Origin: Eledone cirrhosa
Taxonomy: Eukaryota
DNA length: 64,000 bases
NCBI GenBank assembly: GCA_964016885.1
Contig: OZ024741.1
Location: 266,476,001 to 266,540,000 of the forward strand
Direction of reading: 5' to 3'
Shown here: piece by piece, positions 25,768 to 56,622 of the stretch
Layout of the letters: every line of letters starts with the position of its first letter
Numbering within the stretch: the stretch's first letter is position 1
The notes under the pieces: model-generated
What the model was told of the DNA's origin: nothing
Databases searched by the model: none
What the model saw: only the letters and a program-made list of their open reading frames with translations
Program-made: the position numbers and the translations under genes

Positions 25768-26130
25768 GTAAGCATTAAATGAACATGGTTCAGCTTTTTC
25801 TACATTTTTATATTATTTTGATAAATTTATGACTATATTTTTCCAGTGGATATGTATTGATCCACTGGCTATATTATTGATCCAGTGGATGTATATAATG
25901 CTGATCTGGCGTGTATGTTGAATTTAAAATTGAACTTGATTGAAGCTGTAAATTTTTTAAATGTAAATATTAATATATGGATATAGCCTGCGACTATTGG
26001 GGTGGTGGCACTGATTTTGTGGGTATGGCTAATCGCACAATGGGGTTGTAATTGCTATAGATTATATTATAGAAACTAGGGAATCAGAAACGGGGGGGAG
26101 ATTTTTTATTTATTTATTTATTTATTTTTT

Positions 26131-27310
26131 TGCATGTTGAGCATGGCCATTTCCCAGATGGAATTAGGGTCCTGTCATCTTCCTTACTTCCTAGGACTTT
26201 AGTCTTGCTTAGTTAACTTTGAACCCTTTTGATTCCAAATTTTTCTTCCCAGTTTCGAATATTATATAAATCTGTCATAAACAGTGTAAAGCTTTCTCTT
26301 GTCCTTCTGCAGATTTAGCTATGGGAACTCATTTATATAATTGTTCCCATAGGTAGCCAGACTTATACTCTTCCATTATGGCCTAGAGGGGGCTGAGGCC
26401 AGAGACCTTCATATTAAATTCCTTGCTATACTCATTAACCCCCCCCCCTACCTACTGTACATGGCATGTACAGCCCTCACAAGCCATTCATCTACTCCTA
26501 GTTTTCTGAGAGCCCACCTGATTAAGGTACCTTGTCAAAGGCTTTCTCCAGGCCAATGAAAGCCAGGTAGAGTGGCTCACTCTTTATTTGGTACTTCTCC
26601 TGCAGTTGTCTCAAAAGGAAGAGGGTATCAGTGGTACTTCTTGGTACAAACCCAAGCTTCATCTTGTCTAGATTAACTCAATCCCTAATCACTTTCATGA
26701 CTGGGTCCTTAACTTTACATTCTTATAAATTTCTCCCTTTTCATGCATCTCCCTTGCTGCTATGCCAGTCATTGGGGATCACACCATCTTGTATTACTTG
26801 ATTTTTAGCATCTCAGCAACACTCCCTGATGGTCCAGCTGTTTTGCTCATCTTCATAGCCTTCATTGCTTTATCACTATGCTGCTAACTTGGATGACTGA
26901 TCCCAATGTTGGATTTACATGAGGCAGACTATATTCCTCCCATGCATTCTCTACATTCAACAATCTCTCATATTGGCACTTCCATGCTTCTTTTTCAACA
27001 CCAGGAAGGGCAAACACACACCACTGTAATTCCTGATACATAAACAGCCTCACAATCCTAATCTCTTTGTGCCTTTAGTCCTCACAGCATAAAACACATT
27101 TTTTAAATTTTCCACTTCCCTTTTTGCAGAGTGTACCTGTCGCCTAGCTTCTTGGTATTATTTTCTGCTTCCTGCTTTTTTTGTCAGTCTATCCATCCCT
27201 GCTTAACATTCCACCACCATGTTACCCTCTTTCTCCTTGGAACCTTGCTTCACATGCAGATCTGGTCTGTGGCCCTCGGTAGATTATCCCTCAGGAACTA
27301 TTCCATTTCT
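26131..27310 (-). mobile_element. Old, heavily deleted copy of the PHD-RTE LINE lineage
   Basis: Minus-strand peptides RVTWWWNV, KEAWKCQYERLLNVENAWE, LAFIGLEKAFD and IPSGKWPCSTC. These are colinear with ORF 52067-54325. Confidence 0.9.
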
Positions 27311-28100
27311 TTCATCTTTGCTCCCACGGTGTTGATAGTGGTACTGCTCTAAATTTTAAAAATAGAAATATAAAAAAAAAGTGGAATGAAACCATAGAAA
27401 GTTGCCCTGTGAACCATTATAGTCCATATTTGTCACAGAAAGTAATTGAAATTCTATCTAGATTTAGTATACATGCATGCTTTATAAGTTTTGTAATAAA
27501 TTTCCCCTTATTAAATACTCCACTGAAATATGGCCTTGCACTTCCACTATGTATGAAGGGTTGTATTTGTGTGGGTATATATAATACCACTGCCCTCTAG
27601 GGGCTCCTTAATCTCTCCCCATCCACTGTATCCCCTCACACTCTCCTGCTTCTCATTCCCTAGTTCAATTGTATAGCTTTCCTTCCTCTGAAAGAACTAG
27701 CTCAAAGTTTGGTATGGAATTACATTGGGGAAATGTTCAACATGTCACATTGCACACACATTTCTGGGAGGGGGAGGTTGTGATTAGTGTGTTTAAAGAG
27801 AAATTCCAGGATGGGACATTTGCAGAGGGTGGGTGGGTATATTTTACTAAATTGGAATATTTAGGGGTTGTACTTGTTTTGGGAAAGGGATTTCATCTGA
27901 GACAGTATTGAAACTAAAGCATTTACATTTTGGAAAATTCATTTTAGCCATTAAAAAACACACACTGATTCATTTTACATGGGCATGTGTGAACATGTAT
28001 GGATATATATGGATGTGTGTGTATGGGTATATGTGTGTCTGTATATCTTAGTTTTTAGAATAGGTACAGTGTATCCTTTCATGTTATAAGAGGCAATAAT

Positions 28101-28277
28101 TGTTTCTACTTTTTGGCACAAGGCCAGCAATTACCCAGTACATTACTGGTACTTTATTTTATCGACCCCGTAAGGATGAAAGACAAAGTTAACCTCGGCG
28201 GGATTTGAACTCAGACCGTAAAGGGATATAACTATGCTGGAAAAGCATGGCGTCAGACTCTCTACCGATACTGCCAA
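28101..28277 (-). mobile_element. tRNA-SINE with 13-bp TSD
   Basis: 22711 family; the TSD aagaggcaataat is at 28088-28100 and 28276-28288. Confidence 0.92.
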
Positions 28278-28739
28278 GAGGCAATAATGATTGTTGGTAT
28301 CTGGTTATAAAACACTGTCAGAAAATGTCTTGTCCAACTGATGCCGGTAAGTATGGGAAAGTGGACATAAAAGTGGTGTGTGTGTGTGTGGAAACCATGG
28401 CAAACTGAAACATATCAGCAAAATCTGGTCATCTGACTAGTCTAGTCTCAGAATGTGATAGTCCATCCAGCTCATGTCAGCATTGAACATGGATGTAAAA
28501 CAATGTTTGTGTACCCAGTTAACTCTGTAAAGTGTTTGCCATTATAGATGATATCTAGCTGTAGAAACCATGGCTAAAAATGGAATGTATGAGCAAATTG
28601 TTTCTTCTACTTGCCTAGTTTTGGCTTGTGATGGATGATTTGTCTAACCCAAATTTAAAATGTGTATACACACTCTTTCACAAATTGACTATTCAATTAA
28701 GATTTTCATTTGTTGTCACATAAATATATTAGACCAAAA

Positions 28740-29125
28740 GTGTCTTGTAATGATTTAACAGAAAATATCTAAAAACAAGTTTAATTCAAATGTTTATAGA
28801 ATCTTTACTAGTGGACAGATTGTGAAAATTTACAGTATTTCTTAACATCCTGTAATGATTTAACAGGAAATGTCTAAAAACAGGTTTGTTAATTCAAATG
28901 TTTATATCTTTACTGGTGGACAGGTCATTGTGAGAATTTGTAATATAACAATTTAACAGAAAATATCTAAAAACGGGTTTAACTTAAATGTTTATATTAT
29001 CTTCACTAGTGGACGTATTGTGAAAATTAGCAGTATTAAAAACTAATTTTTGATGTAATGCACTCATAGAGCTATTTTGTACTTTTCAAGAATGTCTTAA
29101 TGTTTTTTTTGTGGTATAGGACAGA
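28740..29125. repeat. Diverged ~100-110 bp tandem triplication with a dispersed copy at 25365-25530
   Basis: atttaacagaaaatatctaaaaac...aaatgtttata...tagtggac occurs three times. Confidence 0.85.
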
Positions 29126-29259
29126 GCTAACAACTGAAATTTTTCAGCTAGGGGTGTGGTTGGATTCATTACTCCTTTCAAAATAATCTACTCTTGTCTC
29201 ATTATTTCCTATTAATTTTCTTGACAACCTTTTCCCAGAATGCTTCATCTGATTGTGTG

Positions 29260-29810
29260 TGTGTGGATGGAAGTTGACTTTGAAACCATGAGGTCTTGTG
29301 TTCAATCACATTGCATCGAATGTTGACAATATCTTGCTAAATGGTTAAAATGTCTGTTTTGCAATCACAATGTCCCAGGTTAGATTCCATTGTGTGACAT
29401 CCTGAGCAAAGTATCTTTAACACAGCTTCAGTTTGATTCAAGACTTGAGTGAAATTGGGTAGACAGAAACTCTGTAAGCTTGTCAAGTGGACTGTACTTG
29501 TATGTCAAAAGTCTGGAATATGCAACCACTTCACTATAATACAATATAGATTGTACATGTAATTCAAAAGTCCGGATTGTCACAAATTGTCATGTTGATT
29601 TGGCATGGGAATTACATTAAGGGTATATATATCTATGGAATACTCAACCACTTCACTAAAATATAATTGTACATGTAATTCAAAGGTCTGGTTTTGTCAC
29701 ATGTTGATTTGGCATGGGATTTATGTTAATGGTACACGTGTTTGTGGAACACTCAAGCTTACATGTTAATTCACAAGTTGGGCATTCAGTTAAAATCTAA
29801 TGGAAGCTCT
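29260..29810 (+). mobile_element. Degenerate CORE-type SINE(s) with an internal ~120-bp tandem duplication
   Basis: Repeated gtacatgtaattcaaa..ttgtcac..ttaagggta..tggaatactcaaccact, homologous to the reverse complement of 2940-3045. Confidence 0.6.
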
Positions 29811-30651
29811 ATCACTATCACCACCAGCTTCATTGTCATCGTTGTCAGTCTTTTTTCTGACATGGTGAGAAATACATATATACATTTTTAAGTTTTGTAT
29901 ATATTTGTTTAAAGAAAATTCATTTGAAATATTTTATTAAATCTGTTAACAAATCTTTTTATTTGTTTTAAATTTTTTTTTAGGAATTTCAATATTTTAA
30001 GTTAGTGTTGATTTTTGTTTAAACTTGTGATGGTGTTTGTTTATAGACATACCCCTTGTATCACCCACTAGGATGAATTTACACACACTGATCTAATTTC
30101 TTAAATATTTTTCATTATTTGCTTTTTTTTCATTAGTTGATTCCCCCAAATAAACAAACTCTAAAACTTACCAAAATTATCAGTTTTCTTAACCCTTTTG
30201 ACACCTGAAATTGCTCTAGGTTTTATAATACAAAGCTCTTTAGCAAGTCACCTGAAAGTGCTCCAGGTTCTATATAAAGCTCTGTAGCAGGTCACCTGAA
30301 GTTACTCTTGGTTTTAAAATATCTAATAAACTTCCATATTTCTATGTAAGAAACTTTGAGAGTTTATTTATTCAGCTAGATTGTACTGACATTTAAACTT
30401 AAAATAACATTACAGTAAATATGTGTGTATGAACCAGTAACTCCTGATTGAGGTGTAGGGCCACTTTTCCAGGTCTAAACCGATTTCTTCGAGAGGAAGA
30501 ATTGACCCCAGCTATGGAGTGGTAATCTTTTCATTGAACATAAAAGGATGAATGCCAAAGTTGACTTTGTTTGGATTTTAACTCAGAGAGCCAGAATGAA
30601 TATTGCAAAGTATTCTGACATTCTAACGACTCTACCAATTCACAGCATCAG

Positions 30652-30654
<3 letters not shown>

Positions 30655-30714
<60 letters not shown>
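30655..30714. repeat. (GT)n microsatellite
   Basis: Read directly from the sequence. Confidence 0.98.
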
Positions 30715-30715
<1 letters not shown>

Positions 30716-30905
30716 GAAACTTGTCACTGAGGAAACGGTACTCAATGAAAGGACAATGCACTAGCACCAGAAGAGAACTTCGTCAAATGCAGTTGCTGTA
30801 TACAAGAGTACCACTCCTGTGTTGGCCTGTGCAGACACTGCACTGCCATCAGCAGCTGACACAAAATTTTCAGATCCATGGTCTTTCGAGGTTGACAGAT
30901 GCCAA
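30715..30905 (+). mobile_element. Probable 3' end of a BovB-type RTE LINE
   Basis: The frame FVKCSCCIQEYHSCVGLCRH resembles the C-terminal CxxCxRxCHSRIGLxSH knuckle of BovB-like RTEs (from memory). A short 3' end catggtctttcgaggttgacagatgcc follows. Confidence 0.5.
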
Positions 30906-31310
30906 TAATAATAATAATTTTCTACTTTAGGCACAAGGCCAGCAATTACCCAGTGCATTACTGGTACTTTATTTTATCGACCCTGTAAGGATGAAAGGCA
31001 AAGTTAACCTCGGCGGGATTTGAACTCGGATCGTAAAGGGACGTAACTATGCTGGAAAGCATGGCGTCTGATCCTCTACCGATACTGCCAATCCACTTAA
31101 TAATAATTGTTTCTACTTTAGGCAGGTTTCTGATTTGGGCAGAAAGCCAACAATTTTTTGGGGAAGAGGAAAGTCAATTAAAACGATCCTAGTGCATTAC
31201 TGGTGCTTTATTTTATCGACCCCCCCCCCCCCCCATCCGTAAGGATGTAAGCCACTTATCCTTGGCGGGATTTTATCTCGGGATGTAAAGGGCCGTAACT
31301 CCAATAATAA
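30904..31310 (-). mobile_element. Tandem tRNA-SINE cluster (full copy 30904-31096, a tail stub, and an older longer subfamily copy)
   Basis: Two occurrences of gtgcattactggt.ctttattttatcgaccc..taaggatg and ggcgggattt, with (AAT)n tails. Confidence 0.88.
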
Positions 31311-31734
31311 TAACATTCACACACATGCACACACACACGCATAATGGTTTTTAATTACATTATGGTTATTTTATTTACCCTGTTCTTCATTTCAAAGTAT
31401 TCCTTACATGTCAGCTCTGTAGACTTTAAAATATATTTTCTAATGTTATTTTTCAATGGAATGTTTCCAAACATAACTGAAAGGGTTGAAGCAGAAATTC
31501 TGTCGAGTTATCAAATCAGAACTGTGTGTCTTAATAGCAATTGGTGCATAGCAGTGTTAACTTATAGCAATATCTTCACCTTTTCTCTGATGTCTGTTGC
31601 TATTTCTATCTTCCAGTCACTTTGTTGGCCGTCTTTATGTGTATAATATACAGTATAGTTTAGCATATATATCAGCTTAATTGCCATTTTGCATCTGTTT
31701 TTCTATGCATGGGTTGGGGTGCATGCATGCACTT

Positions 31735-31890
31735 GTGTGGTTGGTGTTAGGAAGGGCATCCAGCTGTAACAATCCCAGCCAAAATGCAGTTCCGCCTGAG
31801 CAAGGTATGGTGCGGACAGCCCCGTCTCATGAAATGGACGACGCATCTAACCCATGCAAGAATGTAAAAATAGATGTTAAACAGTGATGA
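31735..31890 (+). mobile_element. SINE/LINE 3' fragment sharing the RTE 3'-UTR motif
   Basis: tggttggtgttaggaagggcatcca is identical to the motif at 57163-57187. The fragment ends acccatgcaag...gatgttaaacagtgatgat, like the RTE tail. Confidence 0.7.
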
Positions 31891-31960
31891 TATATATATA
31901 AGAAACGTGTGTATATAAGCTTGTCCAGCCCATGTAAGCATGGAATATAAGCTTAAAATG

Positions 31961-50906
<18,946 letters not shown>

Positions 50907-51612
50907 GGTTGAGACTGTGTCGATGAGTGTGGGGCTGAGAATGAATGAGACTAAAACAAAATATCTGGTAGAGAATGTTGAGAAGCCAGAGGGGATCACT
51001 AATGTAAGCGGGAAGCCGCTGGAATTGGTTGAGGACTTCCTGTATTTGGGAGCAAAGATTGGGAATACGGAAGATGATGTGGTTGAGAGGAAGAGCAAGG
51101 CCTGGGCGGCGTGTCACAGCTTAAGATCGGTGTGGAAGTCGGACCTTCGTAGAGACCTGAAAATCCGCCTCTTCATTGCTGTAGTGGAGTCTGTGCTGCT
51201 GTATGGGTCTGAGACTTGGACACTGACCAAGAGACTCACTCAGATGGTGGATGGGTGCTACACGAGAATGCTGAGGATGGCTCTGAACATTAATCAGTAT
51301 ACACTGAGGATGAAAAACTCAGAGCTGTATGGGAGCATCCCAAAAGTCAGCTCAAAAGTGACACAGATGAGATTGAGGTTGGCTGGACATGCTCACCGAC
51401 ATCCAGAGTTGACATTGCACTCAGTGCTCCTTTGGGAGCCCCTACATGGGCACACTAGAAGAGGAAGACCAAGGTTAACATATGTTGATGCCCTAAGGAC
51501 AGACACTGGTCTGTTGGAGATGCAGGATATGGCCGCGATAATGAGGGACAGAGACCGCTGGAGAGAACTCGTCCATGGATCTCGGGAATTTTACCCGCCT
51601 TAGATAGATAGA
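50907..51612 (+). mobile_element. Young 5'-truncated RTE-clade LINE (RT C-terminal region, lineage without PHD), (TAGA)n tail
   Basis: Uninterrupted ORF 50917-51603: [50 protein letters not shown]. It is flanked by (TA)n on both sides. Confidence 0.95.
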
Positions 51613-51717
51613 TATATATATATATATATATATATATGCATATATATATATATATAGATATATATATATATGCATATATATATATATATGCATATATATA
51701 TATATATGCATATATAT

Positions 51718-54437
51718 ATCATCATCATCATCAACGTTTAACGTCCGTGTACCACGCTTGCATGGGTTTGGACGGGGGTAGTCCCACTTGAGGCAAGAGT
51801 GATTGTCTTGCTCGCATAGGACTGTCTGGCAGGTTTTCTACAGTTGGATGCCCTTCCTAACACCAACCACATTTACAGTGTGGGTCTGGGAGGTTTTTAC
51901 CGTGTTGCCTACACGGCCACATTACAGCGTGGACTGTGTGTTTTTTTGTCGTGACACCTACACGATCTCATTTGTTTCGGCCTGGATGGCGCGGCACCAA
52001 CATAACTTTACATAGAACGGGTGGTGTGGATGGGGTGGGGGTGGTGGCGGGACGGGGTGTATTTTGTTAGAGATGCCTACTGGCAAAGCGGGTCTTCTCT
52101 GTTACTGAGTACCGCCAAAGGTCTCGGTCCAGTGACATTGTCTTGGAGAGGTGTAAGTGTGTGAGGTCGGAGTTTATCAGCTCATCCCAGGTTTTTCTAG
52201 GTCTGCCTATTCCGTGGCTACCGTCTATCTTTATTGCCCTGCACTTTGTTATACAGTTATCGACTTTCATGCGCATCACGTGTCCATACCAACGTAGCCT
52301 TCTCTCGAATAAACAACATCTGATCCCTCTTATCGCTAATTTTTTCCTTAGTTCGTTTATGCTTTGCCGTTCACGTATATTACTGTTACACATCCAGCGG
52401 AGCATGCAAGCTTCGTTCCTCTCTAGTCTGCGTATATCCTCTGCACACAATGCCCAGGTCTCACTGCCATGCAACATTGCTGTTCGTATGCAGGCATCGT
52501 ACAACCTGCCTTTCATTTTTAGGGAGAACCCTTTAGCAGCTAATAGTGGTATAAGCTCTCTGAACTTTTTCCAACCAGTTCTGACTCTAGCTACAGTACT
52601 TTCAGAGCACCCTCCCCCACTGCTGATTTTATCGCCCAGGTCACGGAAGCTGTCCACTATTTCTATAGAACCCTCTGCGCAATTGAAAGAGCTAGTATTT
52701 TGTGGGCACTTGCTGCTACTTATTGCACCAGAACACCGGCCACATGTAAAATCTATGTTCTTAGTTAGCTTACCTGTGATCCCACTACATCTTTTATGCA
52801 CCCATACTTTGCATTTAGGACATAAAATGGAGTTTCTACCTACACCTTTCCTACACACCGAGCACGACCATTTCCCAGAAGGGACCGCCGCCTTGTTTTC
52901 TTTCCTACAAACTAGAACTTTGGTCTTAGCCAGGTTAATTTTAAGTCCTTTTGACTCTAGGCCGTGCTTCCATGTTTGGAATTTTTTCTCTAGCTCGGCC
53001 ATTGATTCCGCTATGAGTGTCAGGTCGTCTGCGTATAGGAGTTCCCATGGGCAGCCTGTCTTGAACTCCTCTGTTATAGCCTGAAGGGCAATAATAAATA
53101 GTAGGGGGCTGAGAACAGAGCCCTGATGGACGCCAACTTTTACGCTAAACTCTTCACTATATTCGTTGTTAATTCTAACCTTGCTGACTGTTTCTTTATA
53201 CATGGCTTGTATAGCTCTCACAAGCCATTCGTCAACGCCTAGTTTTCTAAGAGCCCACCAGATAATGGAGCGGGGGACTCTGTCGAAGGCTTTCTCCAGG
53301 TCGACTAAAGCTAAGAGGGGTTTACCTTTAGCTAGGTACTTCTCCTGTAGTTGTCGTACTATGAAAAGAGCGTCTGTGGTGCTTTTGCCTGACACAAACC
53401 CGAACTGCATTTCATCTAGGTCAATTCTCTCTCTGATTAGTTGCGCTATTACTTTTTCCGTGACCTTCATGACCTGGTCGATTAATTTAATGCCTCTATA
53501 GTTACTCCTATCTAGGGCGTCTCCTTTACCCTTATAACAGTTAACGATGATGCTGCTATGCCAGTCCTTCGGAACAACCCCATTCTGTACGACTTGGTTA
53601 ACTATGCGGGTGACCATGGTGTGTCCCACCGTGCCAGATGCCTTCAGCATCTCAGCAACTATTTCCGAAGGCCCAGCCGCCTTACCCGTCTTCATATCCT
53701 TGATTGCCTTACTTATTATACTCCCCTCGACTAACACTGCTGGTTCCTCTATTGGGTCGATATGGGGGAGACTGTCTTTCTCCCATTTATTCTCCTCATT
53801 TAGTAGCCTTTCATAGTGACACTTCCAAGCTACCTTCTTATCAGTGTCGGTGATGGCAAGTATGCCATCATCGTTAAGTACACACTTCTCCCCGACAATA
53901 TCACGGTTTTCCTTGACGCATTGCCTAGCAATCCTGAACACCTCACGTTTTTGGTCATCGCGTTGTAGAACATGCTTGAACTTTCTTTCCTCAGCTTCCC
54001 TTCTTGCTAAGTACACTTCTCTCCTAGCTTCCCTCCTGGCCACTTGATAGTCTACTCTACTTCCCCCATCCCGCCATACTTTCCAAGCCTGCTTTTTGGC
54101 CTTAATTGACCCCTCCACCTTACTGTTCCACCACCATGTTACTCTCCTCCTGCCTACAGGCCTGCTCCAGCCACAGACTTCGTCTGTCGCCAACAGCAGG
54201 TTTGCTTTCAGAAATTCCCACTGTCCCTCTATATTGTCCGATTCTAGATGCTCTTCCTTACTGTCGAAAGCATCAAGGAATATGCTTTGAAATTTATTTT
54301 GGCTGTGGGGTCCTTTAGGTTCCATATTTTCCTCCTGAGGATAGTCCTCTTCTGCTGTCGAGTATGTATTGATGAGGAAACATCAATTATCAGTCTGTTG
54401 GGAGGTGCATTCTTCATGGGGGAGGGATTTAGTGTTT
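51718..54437 (-). mobile_element. RTE LINE copy A, 2.7 kb, 5'-truncated at the end of the AP-endonuclease domain
   Basis: Contains the 752-aa RT ORF, the upstream frameshifted EN remnant [21 protein letters not shown], a ~335-bp 3' UTR and a (GAT)n tail. Confidence 0.97.
52067..54325 (-). CDS. RTE LINE ORF2 remnant: reverse transcriptase with inserted C4HC3 PHD-type finger
   Basis: RT motifs KGKGD..NYRGI, QFGF, VDLEKAFDRV, GVHQGSVLSPLLF, LLYADD, MLHGSETW and RRLRWYGHV. The annotated Met is not the native start, because the frame is broken near 54305. Confidence 0.93.
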   Translation of the reverse strand: MEPKGPHSQNKFQSIFLDAFDSKEEHLESDNIEGQWEFLKANLLLATDEVCGWSRPVGRRRVTWWWNSKVEGSIKAKKQAWKVWRDGGSRVDYQVARREARREVYLARREAEERKFKHVLQRDDQKREVFRIARQCVKENRDIVGEKCVLNDDGILAITDTDKKVAWKCHYERLLNEENKWEKDSLPHIDPIEEPAVLVEGSIISKAIKDMKTGKAAGPSEIVAEMLKASGTVGHTMVTRIVNQVVQNGVVPKDWHSSIIVNCYKGKGDALDRSNYRGIKLIDQVMKVTEKVIAQLIRERIDLDEMQFGFVSGKSTTDALFIVRQLQEKYLAKGKPLLALVDLEKAFDRVPRSIIWWALRKLGVDEWLVRAIQAMYKETVSKVRINNEYSEEFSVKVGVHQGSVLSPLLFIIALQAITEEFKTGCPWELLYADDLTLIAESMAELEKKFQTWKHGLESKGLKINLAKTKVLVCRKENKAAVPSGKWSCSVCRKGVGRNSILCPKCKVWVHKRCSGITGKLTKNIDFTCGRCSGAISSSKCPQNTSSFNCAEGSIEIVDSFRDLGDKISSGGGCSESTVARVRTGWKKFRELIPLLAAKGFSLKMKGRLYDACIRTAMLHGSETWALCAEDIRRLERNEACMLRWMCNSNIRERQSINELRKKLAIRGIRCCLFERRLRWYGHVMRMKVDNCITKCRAIKIDGSHGIGRPRKTWDELINSDLTHLHLSKTMSLDRDLWRYSVTEKTRFASRHL

Positions 54438-54476
54438 ATATATATGCATATATGTGTGTGTATATATATGCATATA

Positions 54477-54544
<68 letters not shown>

Positions 54545-54729
54545 CACACACATATATGCATATGAGTGCTTCTTATCCGATATCTGCATTGCTTTATTGT
54601 ACTACAATAAAACTCACCTCCTACATATATATATATATATATGCGTATATGCATATATATGCGTATATATATATATTTATATATGCATATATATATATAT
54701 GCATATATATATATATGCATATATATGCG

Positions 54730-54761
<32 letters not shown>

Positions 54762-54875
54762 TATATGCATATATATATATATATATATATGCATATATAT
54801 ATATATGCATATATATGCGTATATATATATATATATGCATATATATATATATATATGCATATATATTTATATATA

Positions 54876-54909
<34 letters not shown>

Positions 54910-56622
54910 TATATATATATATATGCATATATATATATATATATATGCATATATATATATATATATGCATATATATATATATATATATGCATATATATAT
55001 ATATATATGCATATATATATATATATATATATATATGCATATATATAAATATATATGCATATATATATATATATATGCATATATATATATATGCATATAT
55101 ATATATATATATATGCATATATATATATATATATATGCATATATATATATATATATATATATGCATATACAATTAAGTTAATATGCATATATATATATAT
55201 GCATATATATATATATGCATATATATATATATGCATATATATATATATATGCATATATATATATATGCATATATATATATATATGCATATATATATATAT
55301 GCATATATATATATATATGCATATATATATATATGCATATATATATATATATATGCATATATATATATATGCATATATATATATATATGCATATATATAT
55401 ATATATGCATATATATATATATATATGCATATATATATATATGCATATATATATATATATATATGCATATATATATATATGTGCATATATATAAATATAT
55501 ATATGCATATATATGTATATATATATGCATATATATGTATATATATATGCATATATATGTATATATATATGCATATATATGTATATATATATGCATATAT
55601 ATGTATATATATATGCATATATATGTATATATATATGCATATATATGTATATATATGCATATATATGTATATATATTCATATATATGCATATATATGCAT
55701 ATATATGTATATATATATGCATATATATGTATATATATGCATATATATGTATATATATATGCATATATATGTATATATATATATATGCATATATATATGT
55801 ATATATATATGCATATATATGTATATATATATGCATATATATATGTATATATATATGCATATATATATGTATATATATGCATATATATATGTATATATAT
55901 GCATATATATATGTATATATATGCATATATATATGTATATATATGCATATATATATGTATATATATATGCATATATATATGTATATATATATGCATATAT
56001 ATATGTATATATATATGCATATATATATGTATATATATATGCATATATATGTATATATATATGCATATATATGTATATATATATGCATATATATGTATAT
56101 ATATATGCATATATATGTATATATATATGCATATATATGTATATATATATGCATATATATGTATATATATATGCATATATATGTATATATATATGCATAT
56201 ATATGTATATATATATGCATATATATGTATATATATATGCATATATATGTATATATATATGCATATATATGTATATATATGCATATATATGTATATATAT
56301 GCATATATATGTATATATATGCATATATATGTATATATATGCATATATATGTATATATATGCATATATATGTATATATATATGTATATATATATGCATAT
56401 ATATGTATATATATATGCATATATATGTATATATATATGCATATATATGTATATATATATGCATATATATGTATATATATATGCATATATATGTATATAT
56501 ATATGCATATATATGTATATATATATGCATATATATGTATATATATATGCATATATATGTATATATATATGCATATATATGTATATATATATGCATATAT
56601 ATGTATATATATATGCATATAT
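54438..56622. repeat. (TA)nTGCA / (TA)nTG compound satellite
   Basis: Read directly from the sequence; the 22-bp composite GCATATATATGTATATATATAT dominates 55.5-56.6 kb. Confidence 0.97.

Noticed and set aside
52143-54290. Plus-strand ORFs overlapping the RT
   Set aside because: They are antisense shadows of the LINE ORF.
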